The notes under the pieces are model-generated. The model was given only the letters and a program-made list of their open reading frames with translations. It made no database searches and was not told where the DNA came from. DNA of 64,000 bases, from the sequence record PV796108.1. The stretch is one strand, 5' to 3'. Both the position numbers and the translations under genes were made by a program. Positions 17,840 to 27,419 of this stretch are shown one piece after another; the first letter of the stretch is position 1; each line of letters opens with the position of its first letter.

Positions 17840-17988
17840 TTGGATATACAAGGGGGCTTATAACCCCACGTCTCATAATATCTCTTCCATAAATACGACA
17901 TTTTAAAAATTAGGTAAGAGAGCTGGCACTCTTTTATCGGGCGATGTGCGTCGCCTTGTATATCTATTTTCTTAAAGGGGGAAAAGCA

Positions 17989-18579
17989 ATGAATCTTGTA
18001 AAGCATTTCTACAAACGATGGGTAGAGCGAGTAGTAAAAATCGAAGATGAAATTGAAGTTAATCGGTATGTTACAGAGAACCAAGAGTTAATTAAAGAAC
18101 ATGCGGAAACAATGTATTGTTATGCTACCTTTATGTACAAAGGACAGATTGGTGACCATGTAACTCGTAACTATTACATAAAAGATAATTACATATTAAT
18201 TACGAACGCATCAGATGACGCATTAATTACTATTTTTGAAGTGGATTATGGATTTACTGGAGATGTAAATGACTTTATCCGCAAACGTACAATGGAAGAG
18301 ATTCAAGCTCTTTATGATGAATTAGAAGAAGCAGAGCTAGAAGTTGCTGTTACAGTGGACGAAGCAAATGCTAAACTACTTTCATTGGATGTTGAAATAG
18401 AAGAACTGAAGAAACGTTTGGAACAAGCTAAGAGTGAACATAAGTTTATTTTAGAAGGAACAAAGCGTTTAAATGAAAAACCTATGTTGATTAATGGTCA
18501 AATCAGGGCATTGTCTGCAAAGTTAATTCAATCCAAATACTATCTGAAGGATATTGCTGAAGATAAGAAAGGAAATTAA
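17989..18579 (+). CDS. coiled-coil hypothetical protein
   Basis: RBS AAAGGGGG before ATG 17989. Confidence 0.75.
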   Translation: MNLVKHFYKRWVERVVKIEDEIEVNRYVTENQELIKEHAETMYCYATFMYKGQIGDHVTRNYYIKDNYILITNASDDALITIFEVDYGFTGDVNDFIRKRTMEEIQALYDELEEAELEVAVTVDEANAKLLSLDVEIEELKKRLEQAKSEHKFILEGTKRLNEKPMLINGQIRALSAKLIQSKYYLKDIAEDKKGN

Positions 18580-18581
18580 TC

Positions 18582-18953
18582 ATGTCTAACTTATTAGATA
18601 AGTACAAAGATACTCCTATTTATTTTTATGGAGGATACATCATGATTCTTACTCCTAATGAAAAGAACACGTTCTATGGAATTCCACCTGTTTTAACTAA
18701 GATGTTAGCAGATGCTGGCATCGAATTAAAACCACATAAAGATAAACAAAGTACGGAAAAAGGTTGGAGAATCACGGACCAAGTTACTTACTTAACAAGA
18801 CAAGATTTTTCATTCCGTTTTCCTAAAATCATGGAAGAAATATATCCGTTAATGATTGATAAACCAGAAGGAAAGTTAGTTGATCTAAGTGAGTTTACTG
18901 ACAATGGTTATGGATTAAAACAATTTAAAAGTGAGAAGGACTTACTTTTATAA
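18582..18953 (+). CDS. GIP..W..HW..GW family protein, C-terminal tag
   Basis: YGIPP...KPH...KGW; ends DNGYGLKQFKSEKDLLL. Confidence 0.7.
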   Translation: MSNLLDKYKDTPIYFYGGYIMILTPNEKNTFYGIPPVLTKMLADAGIELKPHKDKQSTEKGWRITDQVTYLTRQDFSFRFPKIMEEIYPLMIDKPEGKLVDLSEFTDNGYGLKQFKSEKDLLL

Positions 18954-18966
18954 AGGAGAGAAGCAG

Positions 18967-19542
18967 ATGATTACAAATGTATATGTACATGACTTTCAAA
19001 CGATATCAGAAGCAGAGTTTCATGTAATTAAAAAGATGGTTTCTACAGGGAATCCAACTTTGATCTTAGTAGACTCATCCGATTTATGTTTTAGAGATGA
19101 GGCACCACTTACATTGAAAACTCGTATTGATGCAATACAAGCTATTATTGCAACACAAGGTTTTACGAATGTTCATATTGGACATATTCAGCATTATGAA
19201 TTAACATGTCCAGAAGAATTCGATGGATACGCAATGTATTATGAGCAAAAAATTAATATGTGGTTGAAACATTTTGAATTACCTATGGAAATACTTATCT
19301 ATCAAGATACAATCGGTAAAGAACTAGAAGTAGTATATGCATTAGCTGATTATTTAAAAGCTAATATTTACTTACTTACAAATGTCTCTACTATGAAAAA
19401 CTTAATGAGAGATAAACAAATTTATTTCTGGTATGACACAATGGAACATAATGAGTCAATGTGGCAGAAGTTTACTCCAGAATGTTTACATCATATGAGA
19501 GAAGCATTCTTACACGACAAGGTAATGGCGCAGAGGGTATAA
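18967..19542 (+). CDS. degenerate nucleotidyltransferase (NMNAT/cytidylyltransferase-like fold)
   Basis: HDFQTI...PLTLKTRIDAIQAII resembles RFQPFH...PFTAGERIEMIRAAL, but no HxGH. Confidence 0.35.
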   Translation: MITNVYVHDFQTISEAEFHVIKKMVSTGNPTLILVDSSDLCFRDEAPLTLKTRIDAIQAIIATQGFTNVHIGHIQHYELTCPEEFDGYAMYYEQKINMWLKHFELPMEILIYQDTIGKELEVVYALADYLKANIYLLTNVSTMKNLMRDKQIYFWYDTMEHNESMWQKFTPECLHHMREAFLHDKVMAQRV

Positions 19543-19610
19543 TCCCTCTGTTTTTTATTTGTATGAACATATTATAATGAGGGTAATTGTACCGCTAAAG
19601 GAGGATTTAT

Positions 19611-19946
19611 ATGCACGAATTAATAATGGCTGCTGAAATTGAAGAAGGGTTAGATGTTCCTAGTTTATATGTTCATTTGGAACATCCATATTATCCATAT
19701 GTAAAATATACAAATAAACCACAACACACCATTATACCTAGCCCTGTACATCCAAGAGCTGTAGAATGGTGTAAGAAGTATAATATTCCACTAAAACCAC
19801 ATTTTGATGCAACATTGGATAAAATGGGATATAAACAAAGTAGTTTTTGTGTCTTTCATATCGTAGCACAAAAAGATTTCGAAAAATTATTTCCTCCTAT
19901 TAATAAAACTGCATTTCATAAGTTAAAAGGGGAGTCGATAATATGA
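19611..19946 (+). CDS. GIP..W..HW..GW family protein, C-terminal tag
   Basis: VEWCKKYNIPLKPHF; ends INKTAFHKLKGESII. Confidence 0.7.
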   Translation: MHELIMAAEIEEGLDVPSLYVHLEHPYYPYVKYTNKPQHTIIPSPVHPRAVEWCKKYNIPLKPHFDATLDKMGYKQSSFCVFHIVAQKDFEKLFPPINKTAFHKLKGESII

Positions 19947-20254
19947 AGATAGGCGAAATATTATATTCTTGTTTTGAAAATAGACATGGTGATACAAAGT
20001 ATCGCAAGTATACTATAGTTGAAAAGAAAAGAAAGTTTGAACATGGAATACCACCTCATGTTGTACCTTGGTTAAAAGAAAACAATGTGCCATATGGTAA
20101 GCATTGGTCTCCTCGTACAAGTGCAAAGGGTTGGGTGTCCACCTATTATGTAGAAGTTCAAGAAATCGAAGAATCACTGTATGAAGCGCATTCCAAAAAA
20201 GTGAATCAAGCTATGCTTGGATTTCTTAAACAAGAAGAACAGAATTTATTGTAA
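19943..20254 (+). CDS. GIP..W..HW..GW family protein, C-terminal tag
   Basis: GIPPHVVPW..HW..KGW; ends VNQAMLGFLKQEEQNLL. Confidence 0.75.
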   Translation: MKIGEILYSCFENRHGDTKYRKYTIVEKKRKFEHGIPPHVVPWLKENNVPYGKHWSPRTSAKGWVSTYYVEVQEIEESLYEAHSKKVNQAMLGFLKQEEQNLL

Positions 20255-20265
20255 GGAGTGTTTTT

Positions 20266-20565
20266 ATGCAATTAGTAACAAAATTACGTCCAGAAGAACC
20301 AAATGACAGTGAATATCGTGTGTATACATATACAGCAGCAGGTACACATAAGTTAGGTATTCCTGCTCATGTTGGTGCATGGTGTATATCAAATGGTATT
20401 CGTATATCAAGTCATTGGCACGCCTATGATGAATGGGAAGGATGGTTGTGTACTCAGAATTTACTTGTTGATTTCATTACAAAGGAGGAATATGAGAATT
20501 TAAAGCGTAAAGAAAACAACAAAGGTGCTGTTAATGAATTAAAAACAGAAATATTATTTGATTAA
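20266..20565 (+). CDS. GIP..W..HW..GW family protein, C-terminal tag
   Basis: GIPAHVGAW..HW..EGW; ends NNKGAVNELKTEILFD. Confidence 0.75.
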   Translation: MQLVTKLRPEEPNDSEYRVYTYTAAGTHKLGIPAHVGAWCISNGIRISSHWHAYDEWEGWLCTQNLLVDFITKEEYENLKRKENNKGAVNELKTEILFD

Positions 20566-20576
20566 GGGGGTAACTT

Positions 20577-20897
20577 ATGAACCACTTGAGTCATGTTGGT
20601 GAAACTAACTATGCAAGAATAGTAGGTCGTGGTGGAAGTGTTCGACATAACAAGTATGTTATACTTGCAAAAGAACAACCAATTCGAAGTGGTTTTCCTC
20701 CTGAAATAGCTGAATGGGCTGAATCCAAAGGCTTAGTATTGTCTGAACATTGGACAGAATCACATAAAAGTGATGGATGGAAAGCTAGTTTATACGTATC
20801 TGTTGAACGTGTTGATGAAGATGAATATCTACGGCACAAAAAATTCAGCAACAATGATGTAGTAAACAAATTAAAATCAGAAACCGAAGTATGGTAA
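20577..20897 (+). CDS. GIP..W..HW..GW family protein, C-terminal tag
   Basis: GFPPEIAEW..HW..DGW; ends NNDVVNKLKSETEVW. Confidence 0.75.
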   Translation: MNHLSHVGETNYARIVGRGGSVRHNKYVILAKEQPIRSGFPPEIAEWAESKGLVLSEHWTESHKSDGWKASLYVSVERVDEDEYLRHKKFSNNDVVNKLKSETEVW

Positions 20898-20908
20898 GGA
20901 GAGATTAT

Positions 20909-21346
20909 ATGACAAACGAAAAGAAACAAATCCAATGGGATAGAAATGAACAAGAAGAAACTGCTGTAACTGAGCAAACTGGTATTTATCAAGAAAAAGC
21001 AAATGGTTTTTTCTACGAAAGAGAATGGTTGAGAATCAAAAAGAATGTAGATGCTAAAACATTTGCATTATTAGAAGCATGGTGTGAGGAACACAAAGAT
21101 TATAAAGGATTACCATTTCCAATTATCACACTTTGCTCAGTTGGCGGTAACAATACGAAGTTTGTTCGTAAACATAATAAGTATCTTTATAACTCTTATT
21201 ATAAACGCAAACAACGTGCAACTGATAAAGACCACATGGGTTACGCTGAGTTGTATCGCATCCTTGCTTTTGCATTCTATGGTTATGGTAATTGGTCTAA
21301 TAGTGACCGTCGTCGAAAAGGTCTTGCCCCAATTCGAAAAGGATAA
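20909..21346 (+). CDS. hypothetical basic protein
   Basis: RBS AAGGAGAG before ATG 20909. Confidence 0.7.
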   Translation: MTNEKKQIQWDRNEQEETAVTEQTGIYQEKANGFFYEREWLRIKKNVDAKTFALLEAWCEEHKDYKGLPFPIITLCSVGGNNTKFVRKHNKYLYNSYYKRKQRATDKDHMGYAELYRILAFAFYGYGNWSNSDRRRKGLAPIRKG

Positions 21347-21410
21347 TATAATGGTAGAGGAAGGTTCTATTGGAATCTTCTTCTATTTTTCTATTAAAGG
21401 GGATGTTGAC

Positions 21411-21797
21411 ATGTTAATCGGTAAAACAGATACAACGCTTAATATTGAAACTGCAACAGTTTACAATCAAAAAACGTTTGTTAGCCTTAACAACAATAGC
21501 AATTATGTATTAGAACTACGTATGTATATCCCAGAATTATTCTTACAATTAAAAGCAATTTTCTTTAAAGAAGACCTATCTGCATTTGTTGTTGAAAATC
21601 CAGAATTCAATTTGCGAATCATTAACAAAGGTCAATCATATGACCCTGGTGAGCAAGGTGTTTATCGTACAAACTTGTATATGAATAATGAGACACCAAT
21701 TGTTGAGCTTATCGCAAACCATGGCAAAGTAGATGTTCCTATCTTAAAGTCAGATGCTGATGAGATTACAGCATTTATTCATAACTTTGTAAAATAA
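21411..21797 (+). CDS. hypothetical protein
   Basis: RBS AAAGGGG before ATG 21411 (track ORF 21084 overextends). Confidence 0.7.
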   Translation: MLIGKTDTTLNIETATVYNQKTFVSLNNNSNYVLELRMYIPELFLQLKAIFFKEDLSAFVVENPEFNLRIINKGQSYDPGEQGVYRTNLYMNNETPIVELIANHGKVDVPILKSDADEITAFIHNFVK

Positions 21798-21806
21798 ATA
21801 AACTAT

Positions 21807-22053
21807 CTCGTGCCTTCTGAGGGGTGCTGGTCACATCCCTAGAACAGAAGTGTTTAAAAAATCATTTGAAAATCCTATTACAAAAGTTGGGAGAGGTATT
21901 AGCCTCTCTCAGAGGGCACGAGTACATAATTGTTCTACCTTCTGAGGGGTGCTGCTCATACCCTTTGTAAGACGTTGATTAGTCAAGCTATTTTCCTTCC
22001 TGGGAAAAGGGGAAGTTGGAAGCTTCCCTTAGAGGGTAGAACTACCTTCTGAG
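21807..22053 (+). repeat. two tandem multi-stem units plus a partial third, upstream of dnaE
   Basis: CCTTCTGAGGGGTGCTG at about 21813 and 21938, CTACCTTCTGAG at 22042; each full unit closed by a long inverted repeat. Confidence 0.75.
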
Positions 22054-22077
22054 TAATAAGGGAGAGGGAGTGATAGG

Positions 22078-23367
22078 GTGAAGCAGGATTTATCCTTAGC
22101 GTTAGAGACAATTAATGTCCTAGCGGAAGACCCTATAACAGCGCAATTAGAAGCACAATTTTGTCATTTACACTTACACACACCATGGAGTATGCTCGAT
22201 GGTTTTTGCGTGATTGATGACTTAATTAAGTTAGCGAAAGAAAGAGGTATGACACACATTGGTATTAGTGACCACGGTAACTGTCATGGTCATATAGAGT
22301 TTTATACCAAGTGTAAGAAAGCAGGTATTACACCTGTACTAGGTTGTGAATTATATGAAGCTCCTCAAATGAAGTGGAAGAAAGAGGAGTATGATAAGAT
22401 GTCACCGCAATGGAGTGGCTGGCGTCCAACTATCAACCACCTACTTGTTATCGCTAAGAACAACGAAGGCTATGCGAATCTATTAGAACTATCTAGTCGT
22501 GGTTATTTAGAAGGGTTCTATCGTAAGCCTCGTGTTGATTACAATCTATTAAAACGATTAAGCAAAGGTTTAATCGCAACCAGTGCATGTCTTGGTGGTT
22601 CGATCCCCCAATGTATTTTAAGAGGGAAAGAACGAGTGGGTAGAAACATTGCAAAATTCTATAAGAAGATTTTCGATGAGTTCTACTTTGAAATACAACC
22701 AAGTGAATTGCCAGAACAAAAAATTGTTAATGCCAAATTGATACAATGGTCTAAAGAAATGGATATTCCACTAGTGGTTACAAGTGATGCACACATGCTT
22801 CGTAAAGAAGACAAACCAGTCCATGCTAGTTTAACTACAATTGGACGTAATGAAGATGTATCCGACATTAGTGTGTATGACCATGCTTACTTTATGACTG
22901 TTAAAGAAATGCAAGACTATGGTATTCCACAAGAAGCTATAGACAATGCACAAAAGATCGCTGAGAAATGTGATGTTACAATTGAAATGGGTAACTTACA
23001 ATTCCCAGAGTATGAAGTACCTGAAGGATTTGACTTCGATTCATACTTAGTTCATTTATGTGAACAAGCATTCTTTAAAATGGCACTAGAAAAAGATATT
23101 GATGTTGATTTATACTTACAACGTATGAATTACGAGTTAGATGTAATCAAGCAAAAGCAATTATCTGCTTATATGATTATTGTTTGGGATTTCATTGATT
23201 ATGCAAAACGAAATCAGATATTAGTAGGTCCTGGACGGGGTTCAGCAGCTGGTTCATTGGTTGCTTATTTACTTCGTATTACCAACTTAGACCCTATTAA
23301 GTATGATTTATTATTCGAACGATTCTTGAACCCTGAACGTAATGCAATGCCCGACGTAGATACTGAT
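22078..23367 (+). CDS. dnaE: DNA polymerase III alpha, exon 1 (join 22078-23367, 24136-25147, 25501-26423; 1074 aa)
   Basis: PHP motifs HLHLH, SDHG, SDAH; [10 protein letters not shown]; FERFLNPER; ends PDVDTD. Confidence 0.95.
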
Positions 23368-24135
23368 ATGGAAATGTCCCACCTACTAGTAATAGTAGTG
23401 TTGGAACTCTGTAAACTGCTGGGAGTCCTAAAGCTCTATCAACCAAAACAGAACCTGAATAAGGTATATGCGACAAAAGCCGTATATGGGGAAGCTTCTT
23501 AGAAAACTCTGTATACAAGTGCTTGTGATTGGGGAAGCTTCTCAGAAAACTCTGGTCACTGGTTTGAAAATGATAGAGATGTACAATGGGTAATCAGCAT
23601 CCAAGCTTCGTACGTTATGATAAGGAAGTGTTCTAAGTAGACAATATCATACGCTGTATCCTTTGCGATATGTAATCCCGTAAGTCTACATCTCGTCATG
23701 TAGTTGGTTTTCCCTCCAATGTGAGCCGTCAATGTGAGTGAACAGACCCAGTACTTTGAGTAATAGAAGAAGGTTCAACGACTATCGAAAGCGTAGCTTC
23801 TATGTGAATAGGAGTGAATAAGCGAGTAGAGTAGAATATATCAAACTAAAGTAACATTGGAGTCGGTCCCTATGCGGGAGGACGAAAGATGGCGCCCTAA
23901 AAAGCCTTCTGGTCTCCATGACTCAAATGATATATTCGAAGCGCAGAGTGCCCGACTGATCTTTATTATGCAGACTAAAGCTTGTTGAGGCTCAAATGTG
24001 TAAGAAAGAAGCAAGGGTAATGATATAGTCTAGTCCCGACTGTCTGAATCAAAACAATAAATTGATGAATAGCCGTAAGAGTGAGACCTAACAGCGACAG
24101 ACATGAGAAATATAGCGAAAGCTAGGGTATAAACG
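23368..24135 (+). ncRNA. group I intron 1 in dnaE (768 nt, no endonuclease ORF)
   Basis: exon ends in U, intron ends in G; P AAACTGCTGGGA 23413, Q AATCAGCATCC 23592, R GTTCAACGACTA 23773, S GATATAGTCT 24022; splicing restores PDVDTD/FDYERR in frame. Confidence 0.9.
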
Positions 24136-25147
24136 TTCGACTACGAAAGAAGGCATGAAGTAATTGATTATGTAACACGTAAATACGGAGCAGATAAAGT
24201 ATCTCAGATTGGTACATTCGGTACATTATCAACTCGTATGGCGTTAAAAGATATTGGTCGTGGATTAGGTATCGACCACAACATCATTAATGAAATGAAT
24301 AAACTAATTCCTGTACACCAAGGGAAAGTTGCTTCTATTGAAGATGCATTAAAACAAGTACCTGAATTACAAGAATATCAAACTATGTATCCTGAGCTAT
24401 TTGAGTTAGCTATGAAGGTAGAAAGTTTACCACGTACAAACTCAATCCATGCTTGCGGAATGGTTATTGCGCCAAAATCACTATATGGTTCCATCCCATT
24501 AATTAAAGGAAAAAATGGTGAGATTGTAACGCAATATGAAGGCCCGACACTAGAAAAACTAGGAATTATCAAGTTTGACTTCTTAGGATTAAAGAACTTA
24601 TCTGTAATTGATATTGCACGTAAGTTAGCAAAGGAACGTCATGGTGTTGACATTGACCCCGATGCATTAGAGCCAGAAGACCCTAAGGTATTTGCTACTA
24701 TACAACAAGGATTCACTGATGGATTATTCCAGATTGAATCTGAAGGAATGAAGAAGCTATTCCGTGGTATTAATAAGGTAGACTTTGAGACACTTATTGC
24801 AGGTGTAGCATTGTATCGTCCAGGTCCGATGGAGCATATTCCTGATTATCAAGCTAAGTCAAATGGATTAAAAGAAGTATCCTATCCACATGCTGACCTA
24901 GAACGTATCACAAAGAACACGTTCGGTATTGCTATTTATCAAGAACAAATCATGCAGATTACTGGACAGTTCGGTGGATATTCTCCAGGTAAACAAGATG
25001 GATTCCGTAAAGCAATTGGTAAAAAATCTCAAGAGGTTATGGACAAGGTATTACCTGAATTAAATCAAGATATCTTAGACCACAACTACTCTCATGAGAT
25101 TGCAGAATACATTATTAATATCATTAAACCATTCGTTGGTTATGGGT
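24136..25147 (+). CDS. dnaE: DNA polymerase III alpha, exon 2
   Basis: FDYERRHEV..., SIHACG, KFDFLGLKNL, FQIES, LYRPGP, YQEQIM; ends FVGYG. Confidence 0.95.
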
Positions 25148-25500
25148 TAACATACAGGCCCCGTTACACAGTGATGTGTAAATGAGAACTCCGAATATGC
25201 TGGGACGAACCTTAGAGCCTTTAGTACGAGCATATGCCGTAACAATCTAAAGGATTGGTCAATCAGCAGGGATAGACCTTTTTGCTGACATCAGCAATAT
25301 GGTAGGCCCCCAGAGACTACCAAGGAGTATCTTTATCTTTCTATAATGGAGAGTTTGATCCTACTGGCTCAGGTGTTTTTCACCTCCTTGTCAATGAATC
25401 AAATTAGCGGTTAGCTTTCGAGCTTTCCGTTATGGAAAGATGAAGATGATGGTATAGTCCACTCCCCTACTTAAATATCGGGAAACCGAGGGTTCGAAGG
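25148..25500 (+). ncRNA. group I intron 2 in dnaE (353 nt, no ORF)
   Basis: P1 GGGU/GCCC with U-G; P AATATGCTGGGA 25194, Q AATCAGCAGG 25261, R CAGAGACTA 25311, S GGTATAGTCC 25451; terminal G; splicing restores GYGFNRSHAACY. Confidence 0.92.
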
Positions 25501-26423
25501 TTAACCGTTCACATGCTGCTTGTTATGCATACATCTGTTATCAAACTGCATTCTTCAAAACACACTATCCAATTGAGTTTATGTGTGGATTACTAACTAT
25601 CTTTGGTGAAAACCAAGATAAATGTGTACAGTACATTGAAGAGTCTAAGCGTATGGGTATTAGCGTTCAACAGCCTGACATCAACTTCAGTGAGCGTGGA
25701 TTCTCTATTGATGGTAAGTCCCTTCGTTATGGACTAGCAAGCATCAAGGGGATGGGAGAAGCTGTAGTAGATAATATCTTAGCAGCACGACCATTCAGTT
25801 CACTTGAAGACCTTATCAAACGAGTACCAAAACGTATTATGAACAAACGTGTTATTAATGTTCTATGTCGTTCTGGAGCTTTGGATGGATTAGGTCATGA
25901 GCATAAGAACCGATTAGCAATCCTTCAGTATCTATATATGCTTCGTGGAGATAAAGACGACATCTCTTATGATGTATCTAAGTATGATAAACAAGCCATG
26001 TTGAAAGATGAGAAGGAATTGATTGGTGTTTATGTAAGCTCACATCCATTAGAAGGTATGTGTGAGAAGTTGAACTTAGATTACATTGCAGACAATGAAG
26101 TATTTGAAAATGCTGGCATCATAAGAAGCTTCAAGGAAATTCGAACAAAGAGTAGTAAGTTAATGGCAATGGTTAATCTCGAAACATTATCTGGTGAATT
26201 AAAACTTGTTGTATTCCCAGATGTGTATGAGAAACTAGATGTTCCATTACAAGATGGACTTATCGTTAAGTTCTCTGCTTACTTTAAGTTTAATTTCCAG
26301 TACAATGAACGTTCTTGTTTAGCCAAGAAGTTTACTGTACCAAAGCGGATTAATTCTCAGATACTGAAGAATCAAGTAGCAGAACCAAAAAATCTATTTG
26401 TCATTGAAAAACGTGAACAATAA
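25501..26423 (+). CDS. dnaE: DNA polymerase III alpha, exon 3
   Basis: FNRSHAACY, KTHYPIEF, PDINFS, YGLASIKGMG, SSHPL, C-terminal OB fold. Confidence 0.95.
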
Positions 26424-26467
26424 AGTGGGGCGGGAAACCGCCCTATTTCTTATGAAGGAGGATTCAA

Positions 26468-26728
26468 ATGATCTTAATTGGAATCGTTCTATTTGCTGCA
26501 ATCGTAGCTGCTTGCATCGTTTACCCGATGTATCTACATGGAACAATAAAAAATTTAAAAGGTACTATTGATTTCTACAAAGAAGAAAACGATATGTTAA
26601 GAACTTATATTAGTAAACGCAACTGGACTGAAAACATTCAGAGTCAAGTTAGAAGTGGAAGAGGATTAGAAGTTATTAATGGAGGCCGATCTTATAATAG
26701 AAAGGGGAGAAAAGAAGATGCAAATTGA
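26468..26728 (+). CDS. single-TM plus coiled-coil protein
   Basis: N-terminal TM, RBS AAGGAGG. Confidence 0.7.
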   Translation: MILIGIVLFAAIVAACIVYPMYLHGTIKNLKGTIDFYKEENDMLRTYISKRNWTENIQSQVRSGRGLEVINGGRSYNRKGRKEDAN

Positions 26729-27029
26729 TGAATATCGTGGAATTTTACCAGCTGATGTATTTGATTCATTAAATGCAGGTAACGCTATCCAATTTGAATG
26801 TGCTTATAATCATAGCTCTTTCATGAATAATAGAAAAAAGTATGAAGAATATGTTATGAGCTGGATTGAAAGAATTACGAATCATTTCAATGAATGCAAG
26901 AAAACAAATCATAAGTTAAAGTACCACATATATTCACCACACAATCATGCAAAAGTAATTATATATCCACCTGGATATCAAGAAACAAATACAACACTTG
27001 GAATGAAAACAGAAGACGTATTATATTAG
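26718..27029 (+). CDS. hypothetical protein, C-terminal tag
   Basis: RBS GGGGAG; ends ETNTTLGMKTEDVLY. Confidence 0.7.
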   Translation: MQIDEYRGILPADVFDSLNAGNAIQFECAYNHSSFMNNRKKYEEYVMSWIERITNHFNECKKTNHKLKYHIYSPHNHAKVIIYPPGYQETNTTLGMKTEDVLY

Positions 27030-27046
27030 AAAGAAGTGAAAATAAC

Positions 27047-27217
27047 TTGGTAATTATCGCATGTATTCTTTTTGTAGCAACTATTGTACTAATAGACTAT
27101 ATTATGAATTTAAGAACAAAAATTAAAATGTTAGAGCACGACAATTTCTATTTACGAACGAAGGTCGAAAGGCTTACGATAAAGTTAAAAGATGAAGCTT
27201 TATCAAAGGAGAGATAG
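27047..27217 (+). CDS. single-TM plus coiled-coil peptide, architecture like 26468
   Basis: TTG start, LVIIACILFVATIVL...; not in track. Confidence 0.45.
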   Translation: MVIIACILFVATIVLIDYIMNLRTKIKMLEHDNFYLRTKVERLTIKLKDEALSKER

Positions 27218-27218
27218 T

Positions 27219-27392
27219 ATGCGTAAAATGATAATGTGCATGGAAATCGAAATGCTTGGTTTTAGGTACGACTCAGTTGGTGAGTACACTAAGCATTATG
27301 AAGAAATGATTGAAAAAGGTTACGAACAACAACATCGTGAAGTGAATCAGATTGAAAGTGGTATTGAAGTTTTTTATTACAAACCTCTTTGA
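27219..27392 (+). CDS. hypothetical protein
   Basis: RBS AAAGGAGAG before ATG 27219. Confidence 0.6.
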   Translation: MRKMIMCMEIEMLGFRYDSVGEYTKHYEEMIEKGYEQQHREVNQIESGIEVFYYKPL

Positions 27393-27417
27393 CAATTCAA
27401 AGGTTTATTAGTAGAAT
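27389..27417 (+). promoter_or_regulatory. sigmaA promoter
   Basis: TTGACA-17-TAGAAT. Confidence 0.75.
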
Positions 27418-27419
27418 AA

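Noticed and set aside
21084-21410. N-terminal extension of track ORF 21084-21797
   Set aside because: Overlaps gene 20909-21346; a good RBS supports ATG 21411
21807-22053. CRISPR array
   Set aside because: Two and a half units with self-complementary interiors rather than unique spacers, and no cas genes
23368-23502. 3' end of track ORF 22078-23502 as DnaE coding sequence
   Set aside because: After PDVDTD the translation loses DnaE similarity; it is read-through into group I intron 1
25347-25389. rRNA gene
   Set aside because: Only about 24 plus 9 nt of similarity inside an intron; kept as a finding, not a feature
23368-25500. Homing endonuclease or intein in the dnaE interruptions
   Set aside because: No long ORF in either intron and no intein C/S...HN signature; group I core motifs explain both
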